From: Lautropia sp.
GTDB lineage: Bacteria > Pseudomonadota > Gammaproteobacteria > Burkholderiales > Burkholderiaceae_E
Length of the DNA stretch: 64,000 nucleotides
Direction: 5' to 3'
Assembly: GCA_030530775.1 (NCBI GenBank)
Contig: JAUMUG010000007.1
Location: forward strand, 10,690-74,689
The translations under genes were made by a program, and so were the position numbers. Under the pieces are notes generated by a model that saw only the letters and a list, made by a program, of their open reading frames with translations, had not been told where the DNA came from and did not search any database. Shown piece by piece: positions 49,156 through 59,861 of this stretch. Positions within the stretch are counted from its first letter, which is position 1; each line of letters starts with the position of its first letter.

Positions 49156-50310
49156 TTGTTCCCCATCGTGCCGATGTCGTCTTTTCCCAACTTGATTCCC
49201 ATACTGGGCCTGCTGCTGACGGCCATGGCCTCGTTGATCATCGTCTGGAAAGGGCTGGTCATCCCGGTACTGCTGGCCCTGCTGGTCTATGCGTGGAGCT
49301 GCCTGCTGGCCGATCGCATCGCCCGGGCCTACCGGCCGGATGCAGTGGCACTCGGTTATTCCAGCGAGCGCTGGCCTGCGCTCATCGCCGGGGTGCTGAT
49401 CAGCGTGTTGGTGATCACGGCCTTTGTACTGCTGTCTTTCTGGACTTTCCGGCTGGCAGCCTCGAACGATTTGCGTATCTTTCTGATGCGGATCGAGAAC
49501 TCGCTGGACATTCTGCGCCAGGCATTGCCCGAGGCGATGGCCAGCGCCATCCCAGAAGACTGGGCCGAACTGAAAAGCCAGCTGTTCAATGTGCTGCGCA
49601 GCAAGGCCGCCGAACTGAGTAGCCTGGGCGGCACCGTAGCACACACCATCATTCAGGCGCTGTTCGCCATCATGGTCGGCGCACTGGCCGTCGTCACCAC
49701 TTGGCAGCCGATGCGGCTGCATTCGGACAAGCTGTTCCTGGGCCGCCTGCTGGTGGTGCTGGAGCGCGTCGTGATCGCACAGATGCGGATCGCCTTGTTC
49801 AACACGTCGATGACTGCACTCTATCTGTTCGTGATTCTGCCGGCCTTCGGTGTGCACAACTTTCCGTTCCGCGGGCTTCTGTGCATGTTCACGCTGCTGA
49901 CGGGGGTTCTGCCGGTATTGGGCAATCTGATGGCCAATACCGTGCTGTCGCTGATTTCCTTTGCGATCTCGCCGTGGCTGGCCGTGGCTTCATTGGTCTA
50001 CCTGATACTGATCCACAAGACCGAATACGTGATCAACGCACGCACGGTCGGCTCGAAGATCTCGATGAACTCCTGGGAAATCCTGGCTGCCATGTTGACG
50101 GGCGAGGCGCTGTTCGGTGTGCGCGGGCTGGTGACGGCCCCCCTGCTCTACCCCTTCTTCAAGCGGGAGATCCAGCGTATCTGGCCGGCCGAACCTTCGG
50201 TGGCACATCTGCCAGCCATTCTGCCCAGGCCGGCCCACGCCCGACCGGTCATGGACACCGATGCGGCAACGGGTGACGAGGCGGTGTCATCACGGACGGC
50301 CGACAGCTGA
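49156..50310 (+). CDS. AI-2E family transporter (PerM/TqsA/YhhT-like)
   Basis: Eight TM helices with the conserved C-terminal ...GEALFGVRGLVTAPLLYPFFKREIQ block of UPF0118/AI-2E proteins. Confidence 0.75.
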   Translation: MFPIVPMSSFPNLIPILGLLLTAMASLIIVWKGLVIPVLLALLVYAWSCLLADRIARAYRPDAVALGYSSERWPALIAGVLISVLVITAFVLLSFWTFRLAASNDLRIFLMRIENSLDILRQALPEAMASAIPEDWAELKSQLFNVLRSKAAELSSLGGTVAHTIIQALFAIMVGALAVVTTWQPMRLHSDKLFLGRLLVVLERVVIAQMRIALFNTSMTALYLFVILPAFGVHNFPFRGLLCMFTLLTGVLPVLGNLMANTVLSLISFAISPWLAVASLVYLILIHKTEYVINARTVGSKISMNSWEILAAMLTGEALFGVRGLVTAPLLYPFFKREIQRIWPAEPSVAHLPAILPRPAHARPVMDTDAATGDEAVSSRTADS

Positions 50311-50324
50311 TCGGGGCTCGCCGA

Positions 50325-52307
50325 TCAGCGCCCACGGCTGGCGTTGACTTCGGCCTCCCGGTCCAGCAGCACTTCCCAGCGCGCCATCATCTCCGCCAGC
50401 TGCGCTTCCAGTTCCGCGACCTTGGCCTGAAAGGCCTTGATCGCTACGGCATCCTGCCTGAAAAACTCGGCCGACGACATGGTTGCCATGGCCTGCTCGT
50501 GCTCGAGCTCCAACGCTTCGATCCGTCCGGGAAGTTCGGCCAGCTCGCGGCTTTCCTTGTTGGAAAGCGTCAGCCGACCACCTGAGCGACCGGCCTTCCG
50601 ATCAACGCTCTCGACAGCGCTTTTGTCGGCCCCCGTGTCCACCCCTGCATCATTCCCCTTTTCCGTTGCTGGACCACTGGCCAGACCAGGCCCTTTTCCC
50701 CTCGCTTTCTCGGCACTATTCTTTGCCACGCCCTTGGTGCCAGCGGCCTCACCCATGACCGACCGCTCACCGCCGGACAGAGCTTCCATCCGACTCTCGC
50801 GCCAGTTCAGCCAGTCTGAATAGCCGCCGACCAGCTCCAGCCAACTCCCCCCGCCACGGGCCACCAGCACCGAAGTGACGACGTTGTCGAGAAAGCGCCG
50901 GTCGTGACTGACCAGCAGCAAGGTGCCGGGATACGACTGCAACATGCTCTCCAGAAGGTCGATCGATTCGAGATCGAGGTCGTTGGTTGGTTCGTCGAGC
51001 ACCAGCATGTTGGCCGGCCGTGCAAACAGACGGGCCAGCAGCAGGCGGTTACGTTCACCGCCGGACAGCATGCGCACCGGCGAATTGATCCGATTGGGCG
51101 GGAAGAGCAAATCCTGCAGGTAGCTGATGATGTGACGGCGGGTGCCGTTGATTTCGACATGATCCGAGCCGGGACTGACGGTATCGGCCACGCTGCGCTC
51201 GCCATCGAGCTGTTCACGTAGCTGGTCGAAATAGGCCACCTGCAGGTTGCTGCCGAGCCGGACCGTACCACTGTCGGGCGGATATTCGCCCAAAATCAGT
51301 TTCAGTAGCGAGGATTTGCCGACACCATTCGGGCCGATCAGGCCAATGCGATCACCACGCATGATAGTGAGATCGAGCCGGTCGACCAGACATCGGCCAC
51401 CGAGTGTCAGGCTGGCCTGCTGCATTTCGCAGACCAGTTTACCGGAGCGCTCACCGGCATCGACTTCCAGCTTGATCTGGCCGGCCCGTTCACGCCGCGC
51501 CGCCCGGGCCTGGCGCAGCGCTTCCAGCCGCCGTACTCTGCCCTCATTGCGGGTACGACGTGCCTCGATACCTTTGCGAATCCATACCTCCTCCTGCGCC
51601 CAGAACTTGTCGAAGCGGCGATTGGCGACGGTTTCGGCTTCGAGCTGTTCACCACGCACTTTTTCATAGGTGGAGAAGCTGCCGGGAAAGCTGCGCAGCA
51701 GCCCACGATCCAGTTCGATGATACGGGTGGCGACCTGATCCAGAAAACGGCGGTCATGCGTGATGACGACCAGCGCCGGGCCGGCGTTGATCACCTGTTC
51801 CAGAGATTCGATGCCCTCGATGTCGAGATGGTTGGTCGGCTCGTCGAGCAGCATCAGCTCGGGCTCCAGTGCAAAGGCCAGTGCCAGCGCCGCCCGCTTG
51901 GACTGCCCTCCTGACAGCCCGGCCGGGTCGAGTTCCGGATCGATGCCGAAACGGCTCATTTCGGCTCGCAAACGGGTCTGGGTCGCCCAGTAACGGCGCT
52001 CATCGTTTTCATCGATCGAGCCACTGTCGACGCCACGTTTCAACAGAGCATCGAACAAGGTGTCGGCCACGGGTAGCTTCGGCTCCTGTTCGACCAGCAC
52101 CACCCGCAAGCCGTCACGGCGTACCTGGCGGCCGTCATCGAGCATGATCCGGCCGGCAATCACGTTCAGTAGGCTGGATTTACCGGTGCCGTTGCGGCCG
52201 ATCAGGCCCAGACGTTCGCCGGTCGTCACGGTCAGAGCGGCTCCATCCAGCAACGGATGTGAACCAAAGGCAAGGCTGGCATCGATCAGGCTGTAGAGGA
52301 CACTCAC
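50325..52307 (-). CDS. uup: ABC-F family ATPase (Uup-like, with C-terminal coiled-coil/DNA-binding tail)
   Basis: Two ABC cassettes (GRNGTGKSSLL / LSGGQSKRAALA... and GPNGVGKSSLL / LSGGERNRL...LVLDEPTNDLD). No TM domain. C-terminal Glu/Ala-rich coiled coil. Confidence 0.85.
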   Translation of the reverse strand: MSVLYSLIDASLAFGSHPLLDGAALTVTTGERLGLIGRNGTGKSSLLNVIAGRIMLDDGRQVRRDGLRVVLVEQEPKLPVADTLFDALLKRGVDSGSIDENDERRYWATQTRLRAEMSRFGIDPELDPAGLSGGQSKRAALALAFALEPELMLLDEPTNHLDIEGIESLEQVINAGPALVVITHDRRFLDQVATRIIELDRGLLRSFPGSFSTYEKVRGEQLEAETVANRRFDKFWAQEEVWIRKGIEARRTRNEGRVRRLEALRQARAARRERAGQIKLEVDAGERSGKLVCEMQQASLTLGGRCLVDRLDLTIMRGDRIGLIGPNGVGKSSLLKLILGEYPPDSGTVRLGSNLQVAYFDQLREQLDGERSVADTVSPGSDHVEINGTRRHIISYLQDLLFPPNRINSPVRMLSGGERNRLLLARLFARPANMLVLDEPTNDLDLESIDLLESMLQSYPGTLLLVSHDRRFLDNVVTSVLVARGGGSWLELVGGYSDWLNWRESRMEALSGGERSVMGEAAGTKGVAKNSAEKARGKGPGLASGPATEKGNDAGVDTGADKSAVESVDRKAGRSGGRLTLSNKESRELAELPGRIEALELEHEQAMATMSSAEFFRQDAVAIKAFQAKVAELEAQLAEMMARWEVLLDREAEVNASRGR

Positions 52308-52322
52308 GAGGGACTCACGTCA

Positions 52323-55300
52323 TTGATGATTGATGGCAACCAGCAGTGTAAAGCGTGCCGCCCATACCGCAGTCATGCATTCTCGGGTACTCTGTCACTT
52401 GTGAAGAATCGGCTCCCTTTATCCCATCAGCAGCAGGCGATCATCAGTACACCCCGTCATCGGCTGCACCAACTGTTCCGACCCGACTCCATTGCGGTGT
52501 TCGGGGTATCGGAAGAGCCCGGTGCGCTCGGCTGGCGGATTTTCGAGAACCTGCAACAGTCCAACTTCACCGGTAAGGTGGCAGCGATCAACCCGGCGCT
52601 CGAGGCCGTATTCGGTCAACCCTGTCACGCCGGAGTATCTGCTTTGCCCAAGGCGCCCGATCTGGCGGTGTTTGCCGTACCCTGTGCCGAGGTGGCAGGT
52701 CATCTGCCGGCGTTGGCGGCTGCCGGCACCCGGCATGCGATCTGGTTACTGGACTTTGCCGGTGCGACACCGCCCGAAGTGGCACGTGAAACCGCAGCCC
52801 AGGCCCGCGCCCTCGGCATCAATCTGCTGGGGGCCGACAGTCTGGGCCTCGGCCATCCGGCCGTGCGGCTGAATTTGCTGGCTTCGGACGCTCAGATCAA
52901 GGCGGGTGGCGTGGCGGTGATTTCGCAATCCTCGGCAATCTGCTCGGCGTTGCTCGATTTCGCACAGGGAAATGGGATCGGCTTGGCCTCGGTGGTAGAC
53001 ACCGGCACCGAGAGCGATATCGACCTGGCCGATCTGCTCGATTACCTGACCTTCGACGGCAATGCCCGCAGCATCGCCATGTTCGTGGGCGGCGTGCGCA
53101 ATCCCCGCCGTTTTCTGGGTGCTTTACGAGCTGCGGCACGCACCAAGCCGGTCGTGATCCTGCGTGGCGGACGCCATGAATCGTACAGCCGGATCGGCCA
53201 GCCCCGGGCCCGGTTGACCCATACCGAGAATCTGGCCTCGAATGACCGGACCCTGCTGAGTGCACTGGAGCGCAGCGGTGCCGTGATCGTCGACAGCTTC
53301 GGCGAGCTGTTTGCTACGCTGGAATGGCTGAACGACAACAAGAACGTGCAGGGCAACCGCCTGGCCATCGTCAGCAATGGTGGCGGCCTGGCACTGCTGG
53401 CCAACGATGCCTGCCACCGCCATGGTGTCGAGGTCGTACAGCCCAAGGACGAGACGCTGGCGAAGCTGACGCTTCCGGTGACGGCCTCCAGCTCGCTCTA
53501 TCGTTACAGTCTCAGTTCGCCCTATACCCCGGGCAACCAGACGGTGACCGACAGGCGCTTGCCGATGGTGAATCTGGGTGTGGCCTGCACGCCGGCACTG
53601 GCGGCCGAAACGCTGCGCACGATCGCCGCGGACAAAGAGGCCGATGCGGTGCTGGGCATCTTCCATTCGACGCTGGCCTGTGATGCCAGCAGCTTGGCCG
53701 GGGAGCTGCTGGCCGGCAAGGCTCCCTCCCCCATGCTGCTGGCGCTGGTGGGTGAGGCCGACGCCCGGCGTGGCGCCGAACTGCTCAATACCAAAGGTTT
53801 CAGCGTCTTCCGGACCCCCGAAGACGCGGTACGCGCCTTTTCGGTGGTGGCACAGTATCAGCGCGGCCAGCAGCGGCTTCTGGAAACGCCGGGACCATCA
53901 CGCGAGGCAGTGCGTTTCGACGAGAACAGGATCGCAGCCCTGCTGGCACGTGCCAGGGAGGCCGGCGATACGATGCTGAATCAGCTGGCCAGCAATGAGG
54001 TGTTGGCTGCCTGTGGCATTCCGGTGCCGCGCACCCATATCGCCGCCGACATCGAAACTGCCGCCGTGCTGGCTGCTGAAATCGGCTATCCGGTCGTGAT
54101 GAAGCTGCAGTCGCGCGACGTGGTCCACAAGAGCGACGTCGGCGGCGTCTGGCTCGATATCCGCAACGAGGATGAACTGCGCAATGCGGCCCGCTCGATG
54201 CGTAGTCGCCTGGCCGCCCTGGATCCGGCCCCCCGGTTGGACGGTTTTCTGCTGCAACCGATGATTCCGAGGCTGCACAGCCGCGAAGTGCTGATCGGTG
54301 CCAGCCACGACCCCACATTCGGGCCGATCGTGCACTTCGGAGCAGGAGGCGTCACGGTGGAGATGATCGATGACACCGCTTTGGCACTGCCACCGTTGAG
54401 CCACGCTCTGGCGCGCGAGCTGATCGCCAGGACACGAATCTCCAGGCTGCTGAAAGGCCATCACGATGTGCCGGCAGCCGACATCGAAGGCATCGTCGAT
54501 GTACTGCTGGCGGTGTCGGCGCTTCTGACCCGGTTCCCGATGGTACACGCGCTCGACATCAATCCGCTGCTGGCCAGCCCGGGAGGAGTGATCGCGCTGG
54601 ATGCGCGCATCCGTCTCGATCCCAAGGCGCCGGCCCTCGACAGCCGCTATTCACATCTGGCGATCCACCCCTACCCAGTCGAAGTCGAGCGGCATTTTCT
54701 GGCCAAACCGCCACGACCACCGGTACCGGCGGCCGTCAGCGGCACGGCGGCCCCTGCCGAGGTGGCCCCGGAGGAACGTACACCGCCCATCCCGCCGACG
54801 ATGATGCTGATGCGTCCGATCCGGCCCGACGATGCCACCCGGCTCTCGACTTTTTTCGATGGTCTGACGGCCGAAACCAGGCTGTGGCGTTTCCTGCACC
54901 CCATCCGGGTGATGTCACCACAGATGGTGGCGCGTTTCACGCAGGTCGACTACGACCGGGACATGGCGCTGGTGGCCGTCGAGGCGGACAAGGGACCCGA
55001 CGCGCCGCTGATCGGGGTGGCGCGTTATATCCGTGAGCCCAATGAATCGCGCTGTGAATACGCCATCGTGGTGACGGATTCGTGGCAGGGACGCGGTGTG
55101 GCACGGGTGCTGATGGAGCATCTGATCGAGCTGGCCCGCGCCAACGGGCTGGATACGATGATCGGGCTGGTCCATGGCAACAACACGAAGATGCTGAACT
55201 TCATGCGGGGACTGGGTTTTCAGGTCACCAAGGATCCGGACGAGCCCGAGCTACGACAGACGACGCTGTATATCGAGCCCTTGCCGCCGAGCGGTAAAGC

Positions 55301-55331
55301 GCCGGAGGAGGCCGACGCGCAGAAACTCTGA
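52323..55331 (+). CDS. bifunctional acetyl-CoA-synthetase (ADP-forming)-like / GNAT protein-lysine acetyltransferase (Pat/PatZ family)
   Basis: CoA-binding N-terminus (SIAVFGVSEEPGALG), succinyl-CoA-synthetase-like and ATP-grasp domains, C-terminal GNAT (...YAIVVTDSWQGRGVARVLMEHLIELARANGL...). The N-terminal ~40 aa may be over-called. Confidence 0.8.
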   Translation: MMIDGNQQCKACRPYRSHAFSGTLSLVKNRLPLSHQQQAIISTPRHRLHQLFRPDSIAVFGVSEEPGALGWRIFENLQQSNFTGKVAAINPALEAVFGQPCHAGVSALPKAPDLAVFAVPCAEVAGHLPALAAAGTRHAIWLLDFAGATPPEVARETAAQARALGINLLGADSLGLGHPAVRLNLLASDAQIKAGGVAVISQSSAICSALLDFAQGNGIGLASVVDTGTESDIDLADLLDYLTFDGNARSIAMFVGGVRNPRRFLGALRAAARTKPVVILRGGRHESYSRIGQPRARLTHTENLASNDRTLLSALERSGAVIVDSFGELFATLEWLNDNKNVQGNRLAIVSNGGGLALLANDACHRHGVEVVQPKDETLAKLTLPVTASSSLYRYSLSSPYTPGNQTVTDRRLPMVNLGVACTPALAAETLRTIAADKEADAVLGIFHSTLACDASSLAGELLAGKAPSPMLLALVGEADARRGAELLNTKGFSVFRTPEDAVRAFSVVAQYQRGQQRLLETPGPSREAVRFDENRIAALLARAREAGDTMLNQLASNEVLAACGIPVPRTHIAADIETAAVLAAEIGYPVVMKLQSRDVVHKSDVGGVWLDIRNEDELRNAARSMRSRLAALDPAPRLDGFLLQPMIPRLHSREVLIGASHDPTFGPIVHFGAGGVTVEMIDDTALALPPLSHALARELIARTRISRLLKGHHDVPAADIEGIVDVLLAVSALLTRFPMVHALDINPLLASPGGVIALDARIRLDPKAPALDSRYSHLAIHPYPVEVERHFLAKPPRPPVPAAVSGTAAPAEVAPEERTPPIPPTMMLMRPIRPDDATRLSTFFDGLTAETRLWRFLHPIRVMSPQMVARFTQVDYDRDMALVAVEADKGPDAPLIGVARYIREPNESRCEYAIVVTDSWQGRGVARVLMEHLIELARANGLDTMIGLVHGNNTKMLNFMRGLGFQVTKDPDEPELRQTTLYIEPLPPSGKAPEEADAQKL

Positions 55332-55360
55332 AGCCGTCTGGCACACGGCCATCCCGATCG

Positions 55361-57157
55361 TCAAAACCACAGCGCTTTGGTACGCTCCATCAGCCAGGCA
55401 TGGGCCGCGCCTTCGGTGCGCGGTGCCAGCCGCTCGCGTACCAGGGCGTGATAGGCATCCAGCCAGCGGACTTCGGCTTCCGTCATCAGGCTACGCTCGA
55501 TCAGACGGGTATCGATCGGACACAGGGTCAGCGGCTCGAAATACAGGTAGTGGCCAAAGGCTGTTTCGCGCGGCTCGGTCACGGGCTGATTGACGACCAG
55601 ATTCTCGATACGGATGCCCCACTGTCCCGGCCGATAGATGCCCGGTTCGATCGAGGAAATCATGCCGACCTTCATGGCGCTTTGGGGCCTCACCGGTGCG
55701 TGGTACGAGATGACCTGCGGGCCTTCATGGACATTGAGAAAATAACCGACACCATGACCGGTGCCGTGGCCGTAATCACTGTGCTGCTGCCACATCGGTT
55801 TGCGGCAGATCGCATCCAGCATAGGTGCTCCGATGTTCTCGGGAAAGACCGTTTCGGCCAGGGCAATGTGTGCCTTCAGCACCAGCGTGTAATCCCGCCG
55901 CTGTGCGTCGGTGCTTTGCCCGACCGGCACCACCCGGGTGATGTCGGTGGTACCGTTCTGGTATTGCCCCCCCGAGTCGATCAGCAACATGCCATCACCT
56001 TCGATCATGCTGAAAGCATCCTGGGTGGCACTGTAATGCGGCAACGCGGCGTTGGCGTTGAAACCGGCAATGGTGCCGAAACTGGGCGATACATAATGCG
56101 GCTGCCGGCTGCGATGTTCAGTCAGCATACGGGCGACGTCCAGTTCGGACATCGGTTTGCCATCGGCCAGATTCTGCTCGAATTCGGCGAAGAATCCGCA
56201 CAGTGCCACCCCATCCTGAATCATCGCTTCGCGAGTATGGGCGATATCGGTCGCCGACTTGGTGGACTTGAACAATGTGCTGGGATTGATGGACTCGACC
56301 AGTGCCACCGAGGCCGGCAGGCGCTGCAGCGTGCTGACCGCCACCTTGGCCGGATCGAGCATCAAAGTCCCAGTCAGAGAAGCCATGTCGGCACCGATCT
56401 GTGCATAAGGCGCCAGTTCGATACCAGCCTGCTGCAAAAGACTGCCGGCCCGCGCATCGAGCCGCGAGACTTCGACGTAGAGACGTGCACTCTCTACTCC
56501 GATCAGCAAGTGCGCCAGGAACACCGGATTGAACGCAACGTCACTGCCACGCAGATTGGTCAGCCAGGCAATGTCGTCCAGTGCCGACAGCAGCAGATGA
56601 GTCGCCGCTTTCTGCTTCATGGCTTCACGAACCCGGCGCAGCTTGTCGGCGGTACTTTCGGATACGAAAGCCGCCTCATGCGGTACGATCGGTTTTGCCG
56701 GCAGGGGCGGTCGATCGGTCCAGATCGGTGCAACCAGATCGGCACCGGGACGCAAGCGCAGTCCCCTTGTGGCAAAAGCCTGTTCCAGCTGCCGGCGGGC
56801 GCTCAGAGACAGCATATCGGCCGCCACCCCAACCACCGCCTGCGCAGGCAGGCAGGCCGCCAGATGCTCGACATGGGTGTGCCCCGGGCCCAGTTTCTGG
56901 AGATGAATACCGGTGCCGGCCAACTGCTGCTCGGCCTGCTCCCAATAGCGGCTGTCGGCCCACAGATCTGCACTGTCGGCCATGACCACCAAGGTGGCAG
57001 CCGAACCCGTAAACCCCGACAGCCAGCGTCGTGCCTGCCAATGTAATGGCAGATATTCCGACAGATGGGGGTCGGCCGAAGGCACGATCCAGGCGCTGAT
57101 CCCTTCGTGCCTCATCAGTTGCCGCAAAGCGGCCAGGCGTTCGGCGGGCGTGTCCAT
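55361..57157 (-). CDS. pepP: Xaa-Pro aminopeptidase (aminopeptidase P, M24B)
   Basis: Start at MDTPAERLAALRQLM with GAGAGGA-type RBS. Pita-bread catalytic domain (...HGTGHGVGYFLNVHEGP..., ...GMISSIEPGIY..., ...GIRIEN...). Confidence 0.85.
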   Translation of the reverse strand: MDTPAERLAALRQLMRHEGISAWIVPSADPHLSEYLPLHWQARRWLSGFTGSAATLVVMADSADLWADSRYWEQAEQQLAGTGIHLQKLGPGHTHVEHLAACLPAQAVVGVAADMLSLSARRQLEQAFATRGLRLRPGADLVAPIWTDRPPLPAKPIVPHEAAFVSESTADKLRRVREAMKQKAATHLLLSALDDIAWLTNLRGSDVAFNPVFLAHLLIGVESARLYVEVSRLDARAGSLLQQAGIELAPYAQIGADMASLTGTLMLDPAKVAVSTLQRLPASVALVESINPSTLFKSTKSATDIAHTREAMIQDGVALCGFFAEFEQNLADGKPMSELDVARMLTEHRSRQPHYVSPSFGTIAGFNANAALPHYSATQDAFSMIEGDGMLLIDSGGQYQNGTTDITRVVPVGQSTDAQRRDYTLVLKAHIALAETVFPENIGAPMLDAICRKPMWQQHSDYGHGTGHGVGYFLNVHEGPQVISYHAPVRPQSAMKVGMISSIEPGIYRPGQWGIRIENLVVNQPVTEPRETAFGHYLYFEPLTLCPIDTRLIERSLMTEAEVRWLDAYHALVRERLAPRTEGAAHAWLMERTKALWF

Positions 57158-57784
57158 TTTTCTATTTTCCTCTCGATTCTCGATTCGGGTGAGGCCCTGG
57201 CCGTTCGGTCGCAGCCCGCAGCACGCCGTCCGCAACCCGGGTTCCGAGCAGCACGACGGGACCGACTGCAGGGGCAGCACGATCGGCACTTCCCCATGTG
57301 TCGCCGATCAGTCGACATCCCTCGGCATCTGGTCCGGAACCGGCATCCGTAGCGATACTCCGCCTGTGGCCAGCCCGCAGACCGTCAACCGCCGGTAAGT
57401 AGAAGCCGGCCGCTTTCCCGATAGTGTAAAACGCCTCGAAAATCCGCCCGCCGACGGTGCCCCCATGACGGCGGCATGAATGAGCGCCAGCACCTGTGTC
57501 TAAAAGGCCGCCGGGGACGATCTCGGTGGCAAAGGACAACACGATCGGCGAGCTCCGCAGTACGGCCCCGGTCACACGGCCATCGCCCGTTTGCGCTGCG
57601 TACCGCTCAGAGAACCGAACGCCGGCCGCCAAGGCAAGGCCGGGCAACCACGCGAGTATTGTCACAGACCGACAGCCATGCCGACGACGGCAGCACCGAA
57701 ACCATAGTGAAAGCCGCTCCCGCTCTACAGTAACCCGGTCAGTGACGGGCCGAAGAAGCCACCAAATCAACTGAACCGTGAGGC

Positions 57785-58933
57785 GTGCAGACTGCTATCA
57801 TCAGAAAAATTTTTATCGTCATGCGCTTTGGCATCCGATTACAGCACCTGCGCAGAGGAACCATCCTGAAACGACTGCTGATCATTGGAACGGGCGGCAC
57901 CATTGCCGGCGTCGCTCCTGCCCCGGGCAACACCGTAGGCTATCGTGCCGGTGACCTGCCCATCGACCAGATTCTGGACACCGTACCGACACTATCCGCA
58001 CTGGGGCAATTGCAGGCCAAGCAATTTTTTTCGATGGCCAGCGAGCGGCTCACGAGTGAACACTGGCTGTTTTTGGCCCACAGGCTGCGCGAGACACTGC
58101 ATGGCGACTCGCCTCCCGATGCCATCGTGTTGACGCACGGCAGCGACACCCTGGAAGAAACCGCTTTCTTTCTGTCTCTGACCCTGCCGGCCAGCCTGCC
58201 GGTCGTGCTGACCGGCGCCATGCGGCCCGCCACGGCGCTGAACGCCGACGGGCCGGGCAATCTGTTCAACGCCTGCCGTTTTGGTCTGGCTGCGCACGAG
58301 ACCGGGATTGGCGGCACCTTCGTCTGTTTCAATGAACATGTGTTCCGTGCCGATCAGGTCATGAAAGTGCATGCCAATCAAAGTGATGCCTTCAAACCCC
58401 GTTTCGGCCGTCCGGTCGGCTGGCTGGAAAATGGCGCTCCCCACTGGGCGCGGCTTCCCCCCGGGCGGCTGGCCGATGTGTTCGCCCAGTTGCCGCTACC
58501 CGAGCCGGCACGGTTGCATGCGGACGGATCGATCGAAGCCCCCCCTACAGGAGTACGTCTGCCGAAGGTCGCGCTGATCCAGCAGCACGTGGATTGCGAC
58601 GAAGCACTGGTCGACTGGCACCTGAGCCGCGGCTGCCAAGGTCTCGTGCTGGCCGGCACCGGCATTGGCACCATGCCGGTCCCCATGCGTGCGGCCTTGG
58701 CGCGAGCCCGGCAACGAGGCTGCCTGATCGTCCGCTCCAGCCGTATCCCAGCCGGACACGTGGGCCGCAACACCGAAGCCGACCCGGCCGACAGTGATGA
58801 AGCACTGAGTTTCATCACCACCGGCTGGCTCGATCCATTGAAAGCACGGATTCTGTTGCAGCTGGGTCTGCATGCCGGTATCCAGGACCCCATCGAGTTT
58901 CAGGCCCTGTTCGACCGTAGCCGCCCGGATTGA
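57785..58933 (+). CDS. L-asparaginase (type II family)
   Basis: ...LLIIGTGGTIAG... threonine-nucleophile motif and ...VLTHGSDTLEETAFFLSL... motif. The N-terminal ~28 aa before the core suggest the true start may be at 57821 or further downstream. Confidence 0.8.
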   Translation: MQTAIIRKIFIVMRFGIRLQHLRRGTILKRLLIIGTGGTIAGVAPAPGNTVGYRAGDLPIDQILDTVPTLSALGQLQAKQFFSMASERLTSEHWLFLAHRLRETLHGDSPPDAIVLTHGSDTLEETAFFLSLTLPASLPVVLTGAMRPATALNADGPGNLFNACRFGLAAHETGIGGTFVCFNEHVFRADQVMKVHANQSDAFKPRFGRPVGWLENGAPHWARLPPGRLADVFAQLPLPEPARLHADGSIEAPPTGVRLPKVALIQQHVDCDEALVDWHLSRGCQGLVLAGTGIGTMPVPMRAALARARQRGCLIVRSSRIPAGHVGRNTEADPADSDEALSFITTGWLDPLKARILLQLGLHAGIQDPIEFQALFDRSRPD

Positions 58934-59102
58934 CGCGGTTTGCAGCCCGCAACTTTTCGCAGCCCAAGCTCCCTGCAGGGGCCAAAGAGCAAGCGCAGCT
59001 CGTGCCCAGGCCACGCCCCCGGGTAGCGGGCCATGGGATGAACGTGGGCAAAAAACGCCGGCAGCCGGGCTCGCCCCCTGAACCGGCGCAGCCCCTGCCT
59101 TT

Positions 59103-59861
59103 TCAGAGCTGGCGCGCTTCCAGCTGCCCCAACCGCTGATTGAGCAGCCTGAGATCGGACACCCATTGCTCGAAGGCGGTACGGGACAGCAACACGCCTT
59201 CGTCATGGCCCAGATGCTGGGCCAGCGCTTCTCGCATCCGATTGCCCGTTTCGCCGGCCTGCTGACGTACCGCACGCCAGGCCATGCCAGCCCGATGCGC
59301 CGCCATATCGCCGACTATCCGGCTGAGGTCTTCCTCGACATCCCAGCTGAGCGAACGTGCCACCTGCCCCAAGGCCGACGCCAGCATCACATCACCTTCG
59401 ATACGCACAGACGCTCCCAACGCATTCGGCCCCTGACGCATCACAGTGAACAGGGCATCGGCAGAAGGTCTGACGGTCAGCACGGCAGCCGGCTGCTCAC
59501 CGGACACCGCCGACAGGGAGCCGTCGCCCCCGATCCGAGCATCGGACTGTAACGATGGCAGCAGCGCAGCCAAGCCGTCCGCCTCCTGCATACCTCCGGC
59601 TCTGGCCTCATCCACAGCCCCCACGCCGGCATTCGCACGGGTATCGACTGAGGCCGGTGATGCAGTACGAGCGGCCGTCTGGCCGGCGGAGTGACCGCCG
59701 CCGGCACCATCGACGCCTGCCGCCAACGGGCTGATCACCTCGATGCGCAAGACACGTCCGGCATGTGCCGACAACGACTCTCGCAGATGGGGCTGCTGCC
59801 GAGTGACGTGATTGAGAGCCGACAGCACCAGCTGGGCAAAGGGCAGAGGAATCTGGAACAT
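59103..59861 (-). CDS. ubiJ: ubiquinone biosynthesis accessory factor UbiJ (SCP2-domain protein)
   Basis: SCP2-like N-terminus and C-terminal amphipathic region (...EQWVSDLRLLNQRLGQLEARQL). Immediately follows the Tim44-like gene and ubiE; 1-nt TGATG overlap with the upstream gene. Confidence 0.6.
   Translation of the reverse strand: MFQIPLPFAQLVLSALNHVTRQQPHLRESLSAHAGRVLRIEVISPLAAGVDGAGGGHSAGQTAARTASPASVDTRANAGVGAVDEARAGGMQEADGLAALLPSLQSDARIGGDGSLSAVSGEQPAAVLTVRPSADALFTVMRQGPNALGASVRIEGDVMLASALGQVARSLSWDVEEDLSRIVGDMAAHRAGMAWRAVRQQAGETGNRMREALAQHLGHDEGVLLSRTAFEQWVSDLRLLNQRLGQLEARQL

Noticed and set aside
55400-57046. 548-aa plus-strand ORF
   Set aside because: Antisense shadow ORF within pepP; the product is Arg/Gln/Gly-rich.
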